The notes beneath the pieces were generated by a model. The model ran no database searches, was not told the origin of the DNA, and worked only from the letters and a program-made list of their open reading frames with translations. DNA of 25,491 nucleotides from a virus (lineage: Duplodnaviria; Caudoviricetes), in the IMG/VR virus record IMGVR_UViG_3300020442_003143, positions 1-25,491 of that record; one strand, 5' to 3'. The translations under genes were made by a program, and so were the position numbers. Every line of letters starts with the position of its first letter. The first letter of the stretch is position 1. This document shows, piece after piece, positions 1-9,400 of this stretch.

Positions 1-147
1 CCGAAGATGCAAGTATTTGAATCTGGTGCTGTTCAAGATATGTGCGGAGAAGATGTCTCATTCTGTTTAGATGCAAAAGAGGCAGGATTCCGTATTATGT
101 GTGATCCTCGTATTCGTGTAGGACATGAAAAAACAAGAGTTATTTAA
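1..147 (+). CDS. 3' fragment of a GT-A-fold (GT2-like) glycosyltransferase-related protein (partial, runs off the left edge)
   Basis: Frame 1 is open from base 1 to TAA 145-147: PKMQVFESGAVQDMCGEDVSFCLDAKEAGFRIMCDPRIRVGHEKTRVI*. GEDxxFC...GFxIxxDPxIxxGH resembles the C-terminal ED motif and His region of GT2-like enzymes. Not in the ORF track. Confidence 0.6.
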   Translation, partial: PKMQVFESGAVQDMCGEDVSFCLDAKEAGFRIMCDPRIRVGHEKTRVI

Positions 148-289
148 AATTACTCATAAAGGTGAGGTTTTATTTGATAATCTCACAGAAGAAGAGTATA
201 TGGACAAGATGCAGGACTTAGCAGATGACTTCTTTGCGAATGGTACACCGCATCCTCTCGAACTTAGAACTGAAATTAAGGAAAACTAA
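125..289 (+). CDS. Small acidic hypothetical protein (54 aa)
   Basis: ATG 125 to TAA 287-289: MKKQELFKITHKGEVLFDNLTEEEYMDKMQDLADDFFANGTPHPLELRTEIKEN. Overlaps the upstream gene by 23 nt and the downstream gene via TAATG, filling the gap exactly. Below the ORF-track size cutoff. Confidence 0.8.
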   Translation: MKKQELFKITHKGEVLFDNLTEEEYMDKMQDLADDFFANGTPHPLELRTEIKEN

Positions 290-426
290 TGGCAAAAACA
301 TTTAGCATGGGCAATACAATTGAAACCCGCCCGAAAAAAACTCGTCAAGGAAAGGGAAAACACTCGAAATACTCGGCAACATCCCGTAACTCGGCTCGTA
401 AAAGATATAAAGGACAAGGAAAATAG
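289..426 (+). CDS. Small highly basic protein (45 aa), putative nucleic-acid binding
   Basis: ATG 289 (AAGGA upstream, TAATG coupling) to TAG 424-426: MAKTFSMGNTIETRPKKTRQGKGKHSKYSATSRNSARKRYKGQGK; 14 K/R and 1 E. Its stop abuts the next ATG at 427. Confidence 0.82.
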   Translation: MAKTFSMGNTIETRPKKTRQGKGKHSKYSATSRNSARKRYKGQGK

Positions 427-1107
427 ATGTCTACGTTAATTGCGAATCTACCCTCCTATGAAGTATGGGTAAGAAAAGAGTATTTGACCGATCATAAGAG
501 TGGTCATGGTGAATTTGTAAAGGGAGTATGGGTTTCTGCGAAGAGTATACCTGGTCGTGCCTTCTATTTTGAGACATATTTGCCAGATTATGCTGCGATG
601 TTCGATAAATTACCAATTTCTGCGTTTACATCCGACCCTGAGACACCAAAACCTGATATGACACTGCATAATTTACAGTTTTGGAACTGTATGGACTACG
701 GAGTTGTCGCAGTTCAGAAGCAATTTATCGGTTCGATGCACTATGAGGTCATGACAAGGGATTATGGCAACCAAACTGGCACGTATATTTGCACTTTAGA
801 CAATTATCACTCAGATGTTGATGCAATTGACTATTCTACAAGTGAACAACCTGCCGAACATAAGTCTCACAACCTTCTCGAATTGGATAATGGACAGTTT
901 TGTCTCTATCCAAACAATAGAATGCGTATCTATGACAACAGTATTACACCAGAAGTGCCTAAAACACCCGATTTTAAGGTTTCAACTGTGTATTATCAGG
1001 TTGAAAACGGTCATGATCGTGATGGACTAGGTTCAGAAGAGAATTATTTCTGGAAAACAGCAAAAGAAAGAAGCAAAAAAGACGAAATAGAACCTAATTT
1101 GGGATAA
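427..1107 (+). CDS. Conserved hypothetical phage protein (226 aa)
   Basis: Long ORF with AAGGA upstream and globular composition. Resembles the uncharacterised protein I recall upstream of g25 in T4-like cyanophages; no function recognisable. Confidence 0.85.
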   Translation: MSTLIANLPSYEVWVRKEYLTDHKSGHGEFVKGVWVSAKSIPGRAFYFETYLPDYAAMFDKLPISAFTSDPETPKPDMTLHNLQFWNCMDYGVVAVQKQFIGSMHYEVMTRDYGNQTGTYICTLDNYHSDVDAIDYSTSEQPAEHKSHNLLELDNGQFCLYPNNRMRIYDNSITPEVPKTPDFKVSTVYYQVENGHDRDGLGSEENYFWKTAKERSKKDEIEPNLG

Positions 1108-1110
1108 ATA
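1103..1110 (+). promoter_or_regulatory. Candidate late promoter GATAAATA
   Basis: Matches NATAAATA, overlaps the upstream stop codon, 50 nt before g25. Confidence 0.5.
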
Positions 1111-1131
1111 ATAACATTCTAAAAAAAGTGT

Positions 1132-1139
1132 CATAAATA
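1132..1139 (+). promoter_or_regulatory. T4-type (gp55-dependent) late promoter CATAAATA
   Basis: Intergenic NATAAATA 21 nt upstream of the g25 ATG. Confidence 0.7.
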
Positions 1140-1160
1140 AAACAGGAAACACCTGTTTTA
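1138..1160 (+). promoter_or_regulatory. 9-bp hairpin covering the g25 ribosome-binding site (alternatively a weak intrinsic terminator)
   Basis: TAAAACAGG-AAACA-CCTGTTTTA is a perfect inverted repeat ending immediately before ATG 1161; the SD-like AGGA (1144-1147) lies mostly in the 5' arm. Confidence 0.65.
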
Positions 1161-1562
1161 ATGGCTATAAATCGGATATCAAGGGCATTTAAGGACATAA
1201 GTTTGTCTTTTTCACCCCATCCAGTCACAAAAGATCTTACAATTCTCAAAAATGAGAATGCAATTAAGAAATCTGTAAGAAATTTAGTACAAACAATCCC
1301 AACTGAGAGGTTTTTTAACTCAGCACTGGGTTCTGAGGTACGAAATAGCCTATTTGACTTCGTAGATTTTGGTACTGCGTCTGTTATACAGAACCAAATT
1401 GAAATAACACTTGAAAATTTTGAACCTAGAATAGATAATGTAGTTGTTGAGGTTGAACCTAGACCAGATTTGAACGAATTTGAGGTTACGGTGTTCTTTG
1501 ATATTGTTGGACAAGAAATTCCTACACAAGAATTCACATTCATGCTCGAAGCAACAAGATAA
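1161..1562 (+). CDS. g25: Baseplate wedge subunit / sheath initiator gp25 (GPW_gp25 family)
   Basis: 133 aa; FKDISLSFSPHPVTKDL...NENAIKKSVRNLVQTIPTERFFNSALGS...LENFEPRI are typical gp25 motifs. Confidence 0.95.
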   Translation: MAINRISRAFKDISLSFSPHPVTKDLTILKNENAIKKSVRNLVQTIPTERFFNSALGSEVRNSLFDFVDFGTASVIQNQIEITLENFEPRIDNVVVEVEPRPDLNEFEVTVFFDIVGQEIPTQEFTFMLEATR

Positions 1563-3485
1563 ATGCCTTTTACTAAGTTTACAAACCTCGATTTTGACCA
1601 AATCAAGACTTCAATCAAGGATTATATCCGTGCAAACTCGGATTTTACCGATTTTGACTTTGAAGGGTCAAATTTTTCCGTTTTAATCGATACTTTAGCA
1701 TATAATACGTATATTACAGCATTTAACTCAAACATGATTGTAAATGAGTCGTTTTTAGACTCTGCTACAGTGCGTGAAAATGTTGTTTCACTTGCTCGAA
1801 ACGTTGGATATGTTCCAAGATCAAGAACAGCTGCACAAGCAACCATTTCTTTCGATGTTACAACAAGTGGTAATACACCAACTCTGACTTTACAACCAGG
1901 ATTAGTCTGTGTTGGTACAAGTAATGATTCTTCTTACGTTTTTTCAATTCCAGAGTCGATTACTTCAGTTACAAGTCAATTAACAGATAATGCAGGTAAT
2001 ATAATTTCAAGCACCTCTTCATTTAATGACATCATCGTATATCAGGGAACTTACTTAACAAAAACCTTTACTGTTGACGGATCACTTGATCAAAGATTCA
2101 TACTTGAAAACTCATTTATTGATACTTCAACCATAGTTGTTAAAGTAAGTGGTATCTCTGACACCACTGAGAGAGAATATCGTAAAGTTGATAACATATT
2201 GAATATAACTGACTCTTCTGAAGTGTATTTGATACAAGAGATCACTGATGAGAGATATGAGTTGCTTTTTGGTGATGGTGTTTTTGGTAAAAAGATAGAT
2301 AACGATGCTGTAATCACAGTTTCTTATATTGTCACAGATGGTGTAGAAGGAAACGGTCCTGCATCGTTTACCTATGCAGGTAGTGTAGTGTCATCTTCAA
2401 ATCAAATTCAATTACCTTCTACTACACCATTAATTACAACGGTCTCAGCGGCATCTAACGGAGGCAACATCGAGTCAATTGACTCTATTAAGTATTTTGC
2501 ACCTAGACTCTATTCATCACAGTACAGAGCTGTTACAGCAAGGGATTATGAGTCAATAATACAAACAATTTATCCTAATACAGAATCAGTTTCAGTCGTT
2601 GGTGGTGAGGAACTTGATCCTCCTGAGTTTGGAACAGTATCAATTACCATAAAACCAAAAAATGGTGAATTTGTGTCAGACTACGATAAAACAATAATTT
2701 TATCAAAATTAAAAAGTTATTCATTAACAGGTATCAATCAGAAAATTTTAGATCTAAAGTTATTATATGTTGAACTTGAGTCGTATGTGTACTATGATCC
2801 TTCTAAAGTCAGTACTGTATCAAATTTAAAAAGTAAAATTATAAACGGTTTGACAACGTACAGTCAGTCAACTGATCTTAATAAATTTGGTGGTAGATTC
2901 AAGTATAGTAAAGTTATAAATGTTATTGATAAAATTGATGATGCAATATCATCGAACATAACTCGTGTGATCATACGAAGAAATCTAAAAGCAATTACAA
3001 ACACATTTGCACAGTATGAATTATGTTATGGTAATAGATTTCATATAAATCCTGCAGGAAGAAATATTAAAAGCACGGGATTTACAATTCAAAATCAAAC
3101 TGACACCGTATATTTCACAGATATACCGAATAAAACTCTAAGTGGTAGTTTAGATGGAAGTGGAAAGGGAGTTATAGCTGTGGTTAAAGGTGATGGAGAT
3201 CAACTTGTAGTATCATCCGCTGGGGTCGTTGATTATATTCATGGTGAAGTTATTTTAAATACAATTAACATAACATCAACTGAAAAATCGAACAATATTA
3301 TTGAAATTCAAGCATTTCCAGAATCAAATGATATTTTAAGTTTAAAAGACTTATATCTTACATTTGCGGTTGGTGATAGTACGATAAATATGGTTAAAGA
3401 CACTATTACTTCTGGAGAGCAGATATCTGGTGTTGGTTATAAAGTTACTTCAAGTTATTCAAACGGAACACTGATAAGAGGATAA
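1563..3485 (+). CDS. g6: Baseplate wedge subunit gp6
   Basis: 640 aa; LDFDQIK...FTDFDFEGSNFSVLIDTLAYNT...ESFLDSATVRENVVSLARNVGYVPRS, YELLFGDGVFGK and ESIDSIKYFAP...QYRAVTARDYE are T4 gp6 / Baseplate_J signatures. Confidence 0.96.
   Translation: MPFTKFTNLDFDQIKTSIKDYIRANSDFTDFDFEGSNFSVLIDTLAYNTYITAFNSNMIVNESFLDSATVRENVVSLARNVGYVPRSRTAAQATISFDVTTSGNTPTLTLQPGLVCVGTSNDSSYVFSIPESITSVTSQLTDNAGNIISSTSSFNDIIVYQGTYLTKTFTVDGSLDQRFILENSFIDTSTIVVKVSGISDTTEREYRKVDNILNITDSSEVYLIQEITDERYELLFGDGVFGKKIDNDAVITVSYIVTDGVEGNGPASFTYAGSVVSSSNQIQLPSTTPLITTVSAASNGGNIESIDSIKYFAPRLYSSQYRAVTARDYESIIQTIYPNTESVSVVGGEELDPPEFGTVSITIKPKNGEFVSDYDKTIILSKLKSYSLTGINQKILDLKLLYVELESYVYYDPSKVSTVSNLKSKIINGLTTYSQSTDLNKFGGRFKYSKVINVIDKIDDAISSNITRVIIRRNLKAITNTFAQYELCYGNRFHINPAGRNIKSTGFTIQNQTDTVYFTDIPNKTLSGSLDGSGKGVIAVVKGDGDQLVVSSAGVVDYIHGEVILNTINITSTEKSNNIIEIQAFPESNDILSLKDLYLTFAVGDSTINMVKDTITSGEQISGVGYKVTSSYSNGTLIRG
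3383..3390 (+). promoter_or_regulatory. Candidate late promoter GATAAATA inside the g6 3' end
   Basis: NATAAATA ending about 97 nt upstream of the gp7-like start at 3487. Confidence 0.5.
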
Positions 3486-3486
3486 T

Positions 3487-6400
3487 ATGATAACAACTGG
3501 AATTGATAAGAGAGTCAAAGTCCAACAGATAATTGAAAATCAAATCCCTGAATTTCTATTATCTGAAAGTCCTAAAGCAGTTGATTTTTTAAAACAATAT
3601 TATATCTCCCAAGAATATCAAGGGGGAGTAATTGATCTTACTGATAATTTAGATCAGTATATTAAATTAGATAATTTAACTCCAGAGGTTGTAGTAGGAG
3701 AAACTACACTAACAAGTGGTATCACAACATCTGCAACAATAGTAAATGTTAGTAGTACTAAGGGATTTCCTAAAGAATATGGATTATTTAAAATTAATGA
3801 CGAAGTAATAACATATACAGGATTAACCACTAATACATTCACTGGATGTATAAGAGGATTTAGTGGTATCACTTCATATCATGCGATAAATCAACCAGAA
3901 GAACTTGTATTCACAGATTCCACTGCAACTAATCATGAGACAGATACAACAGTTATAAATCTAAGTGCATTATTTTTAAAAGAATTTTACAAAAAAACAA
4001 AGTCAACTTTAACACCAGGATTAGAGAATGTTGATTTTGTTAATAATTTAGATGTAAGTAATTTCATAAAAAATTCAAAATCATTATATCAATCAAAGGG
4101 AACAGAAGAGTCATTCAGAATATTATTTAATGTCTTATATAATGAAACTCCAAAAGTAATTGATTTAGAAGAATATTTAATTAAACCATCATCAGCCGAG
4201 TATATAAGAAGAGAAATAGTCCTTGCTGAAGCAATAACTGGAAATCCAACCAAATTACTTGGTCAAACAATTATAAAATCTACCGATATTAATACAAGAG
4301 CACCTATCGCAGCTTCTGTATCTGAAATTGAACCACTAACAAGAGGTGAAAAAGTTTATTACAAATTAGGACTATTTGTTGGTTTTAATGATAGAGATCT
4401 TATTGAAGGTACCTTTACAATACCAGGAATAACAAAATCAATAACTGATGTTTCGGTAGGTTCAAGTGTAATAACTGTTGATTCTACAGTTGGTTTTGCA
4501 GCAACTGGATTTGTAGTATCTGGAATCAATACAAACATTTATTATGGTAGCAAATCTTTGAATCAATTCTTTGATTGTGAAAATATTATATCACCAATAT
4601 CTGCAACTGATGATGTTAGGTCTGATGAATTTTATTATGGATATGAAAACGGTGATTTATCAAAAAAGGTAGAATTACGACTAACAGGTGTATTATCAGA
4701 TTTTGAACCTACATCTGATATAAGACTTTTAACTGAAGGTGAAAAAATTACAGTAAAAAATGTTGGTGAAAAGATAACCGATCCACTTTTAAACAAATCT
4801 AGAAAACAAATATTTGCAAATTCATGGATTTATAATACTTCTTCAAGATTTAAAGTCAGTAGTATAAACGGAAATAATTTTGTTTTATTTACAAGTGATA
4901 TTGATAAATCTAGTATAAAAGTAGGTGATGGAGTACAAATACTTTTTAGAAATGAAGAAAACGTAGCAGGAACAGGAGTTGTTAAAAGTGTTAGTTCATC
5001 CACAAAGACTATTGACTTAGATCCATTAAGTAGTGTGAGTGGTGGGTCATTTACTGTTGATCCAAATAGAGACTATGATATTAGAAGATCTATAAAAACT
5101 GCAAGTAGTTCTACGGTTGATATTGAATTTGGCAATAACGTCTTAACAGCAGATACAACGAATGTATATAATGATTCTGATGAGAATATGTATGTTGCTT
5201 CTAATTCTCTACCATCTTATACAATTACTGCATCTATACCTCAATCAATTTTACCAAATGCAACTGGAAATATTGATTTACAAGGTTATAATCCAAGCAC
5301 ATTAAAATTTAGTGTTATATCGTTTCCATCTAATGTAAATTTCATAACTGGTGATGAAATAACATACACTGCTCAAGGAACTATTATTCCAGGTTTGGTA
5401 GAGGGATCATATTTTGTAGAAGTTTTAAGTTCTAAAAATCAAATTCGTTTATATAAATCTAGATCATTTATTCCAATAGCAGACTTTGAAGAATTTGAGT
5501 CTTTACCTTTAAATACAGGAACACATACTTTTTCTTTAGTCGGCACTGTAAATCAAAAGATAGGTGCTCAGAAAATTTTAAGAGAATTTCCATTAGAACC
5601 AAATATTGTAAGTTCTAATAATGAAAAGACTCTGCCAGGAACAACAGGACTTCTAATTAATGGTGTTGAAATACTTAATTACAAGTCTAATGATAAAATA
5701 TATTTTGGACCGTTAGAAAGTATAAAAGTATTAAATGGTGGTTCTAATTATGATGTTTTAGTACCTCCAACATTAGAAGTATCCTCACCATCTTCTGGAG
5801 GCACAAGAGCGTTAGTTCAACCTGTTGTTGTAGGAGAAGTAACTGATATTCAAATTGATCCACAGGATTTTGATATACAAAAAGTTCTATCAGTAACTAT
5901 CGAAGGAGGAAATGGATCTGGTGCAGTATTTGAACCAATATTATCAAAAAGAAAAAGAGAAATATCTTTTGATGGAAGATTAATTTCTCAATCAGGTGGT
6001 ATTGATAACATTAATGAGACTTTAACATTTTTAACTGATCATCACATATCGAGTGGTTTACCTCTAATTTATGATAGTAATGGTAATAATCCTTTAGGTG
6101 TTGGAACAGTTGGAAATGATGGAACATCAGTTGTTGGACTTGGAACAACTACCTTAGTTAATAGTGCTACATATTATCCTTTAGTTGTTAATTCAAATAC
6201 TATTAAATTATTTCAAAACATCAACGATTATAACACTGGAATTAACACCGTTGGTTTCACTACTTTTAATAAAGATGGTATTCATAAATTTAAATTATTT
6301 AAAGAAGAAAAAACACTCAAAAATATAAAAATATTAGATGGTGGTTCTAATTATCAGAATAGACAATTATTTGTAAAACCCACAGGAATTAATACCAGTA

Positions 6401-9400
6401 ACAATACAATTAATTTTGTAAATCATGGTTTTTCAACTGGTGACAAAATAGTTTATTCTAATAATGTTGGACTTGGATCTACTCAACCTCAACAGATATC
6501 TGGTTTGAGCACTTATACAGGAATTACAACAACATCAGTTTTATATAATGTCTTATCTATTGATGACAATTCATTTAGAATAACAAATGCAGGATTGGGT
6601 GGGACATCTCTAGATAATTATGATAGATTAAATTATGTCAAATTTTCAGATCAAGGAACTGGTTATCAAGTTTTTAAATATCCAGATATAAAATTAAATT
6701 TAAAATATGAATTAGCAAATACTAATGTTGGTGTCATAACAGCAACTCCTGTCGTTAGAGGTTCAATTGATGATTTATACTTATATGAAGATGGAAGTGG
6801 ATATGGTTCTGATATATTAAATTTAGAAAAACCTGTTAATGTTACTAGGAAAATTGGTAAAGATGCAGAACTTAAACCGATAATTTCAAATGGTTCAATA
6901 AGTTTTGTTGAGATCCAATCAAAAGGGCAAAATTATCAATCTCCACCAGATTTAGAGGTAGTTGGTATTGGCACTGGTCTAGGTGCTAAATTAAGAGCAG
7001 TTGTTGAAAATGGAAAAATTATAGACGTTGTTATATTAGAGGGTGGATTACAATATCAAGAAGACACAACATCAATTGTAGTTAAATCACCAGGCAGTGA
7101 ATTGAAGGTTGATACTAAAATAAGAAGTTTATTTACTAATTCCTTTGACAGATATGGTAGTGAGGCATTAATTGAGTCTCAAGAAAAATTAAAATATACA
7201 TTAGTCGGATATTCTACACAAATTGGAAATGATGCATTTGGTGATGATGGTATAGAACACTCACCTATAATTGGTTGGGCTTATGATGGAAATCCTATTT
7301 ACGGTCCTTATGGATATAGTGATCCATCAGATGAAAATTCAGCAATAAGACGTTTAGATTCTGGATATGAACTTGATACATCTAATATTATCGACAGACC
7401 TTCGACATTTAGTTCTGGATTCTTTATTGATGATTATGTTTTTAATAATGTTGGTGATTTGGATATTCATAACGGTAGATATGGTAGAACACCTGAGTAT
7501 CCAAATGGAACATATGCATATTTTGTTGGTATTACTTCAATTTCACTACAACCTAAATTTCCATATTTCATCGGAAATACTTATAGATCAAATCCAGTTA
7601 TTGACAATTATAAATTAACACAAAAAGATTTTAATATTGAAGATTCAAATCTTATAAGAAATACATATCCTTACAAAGTTTCAGATCAATTTGCAGATAA
7701 TGATTTTATAGTTGAATCAAATGAAATATCAAAACAAGTATCTGTAGTTGAATCAACTACTTTTGGATCTGTAAATTCAATACAAATTATAAATGATGGA
7801 GATAATTATCGAGTTACTAATTCTGCAGAATTTGATAACACAGGAACTGAGGGTGGTGGTTTAAGTGTTTCAGTTGATAGTATAAAAGGAAAGACTATAA
7901 ACTCAATTGATACAACTATTAATTCTTATGAAAACGTTGTATTTTTTAAAAATGAGAGTGGTGAAATATCTGCCTCAATATCAACAGCTCCATCACTCAA
8001 TAATGGTGATAGAGTAGTTATCTCTGGATTGAGCACAACATTATTACCAGATTTGAATGGTTCATTTATTATTGGAATAGAAACTGCAAGAAGTATTGTA
8101 TATCAAGAAATTCCCAATTCTACTACAACTGGTATTGTTACTGACATTTATTTGTCAAAAATACCAAGTAATATATCAGTAGGAAGTAGCATAGGAATCG
8201 GAACTGAAAAATTATTAGTTCTTAATACTTTTAATCAAAATAATATACTTAGAGTTAGAAGAGGTGAGTCCTCTGGAGTTCATACAGTAGGGACTGGTAT
8301 AAATCTAATTCCAAGTATTTTTAGTTTAGATAATACTGGATTTGGAGTCACTGATATCAAATCTAAATTAAATGATCAGGTATTTTTTAATCCTCATGAA
8401 TCAATCGGTGTAGGAACAGTTGTTGGTTTAGGATCAACTGCTTTTTCAACTCTTGGAAATCTCAAAAAAGTAGTTTCGACTCCACTCCAAAGTATAAGAT
8501 TACCAAATCATCCATTCGTAACAAATCAAAGAGTTACTCTAACTAAACCGAGTGCTGGATATGCTTTAACAGTATCTGATGATGATGGTGTAACCACATT
8601 TAATATTCCAGAGTCTGGGAATAGTCAAGATATTTTTATAATTAATAAATCTGATAACTTTGTAGGTATAGTAACACAAGTTGGACTAACAACTAACACG
8701 AGTGGATTATCCTTTGTTGGTGATACAAAAATTGGATCAAGTAGTTTTGAATATTCACTAAAAAGTAATTTTGAGCAATTAACTGGTAAATTACAAAGGA
8801 TACATGCACAAGTATCTCTATCAACAGCACACAATTTATCAAATAATGAGATAATTGATTTAACTGTAACACCAAATCAATCAGTTGGAATTGGTACATC
8901 AACTTCTGTTGATGTTAGATATGATGAGTTAAATGATATTCTACTTATTAATACAAAAACATGTTCATCTAGTGGAATTACAAGTTCAACAAACAATATT
9001 AATATAACATCTCACGACTTTGAATCAGGTGATAAAATTTATTATTCTTCATCTTCACCTTCAGAGGGTTTATCTGATAAAAATTCATATTTTATATTTA
9101 AAGTAGATGATGATAATTTTAAACTTGGAGAAACTTTATCAGATGTTGTTAATGATCCAATCAGAATTATTGAACTTTCATCAACTGGTGGTACACATGA
9201 ATTTTCATTAATCAATCCAAGAATAGAGATAATTAAAAATAATAACTTAGTTTTTGGTGTTGGTCACTCATCATTAGAAAATTTTGAATTTAAAATATTT
9301 CACGATCAAAACTTTAAAAATGAATTTGTCTCTACAGGAACAACTAATACATTTCAGGTTTCTGGAGTTGGAACAGTTGGTGTTACTTCAACTGCAACAG

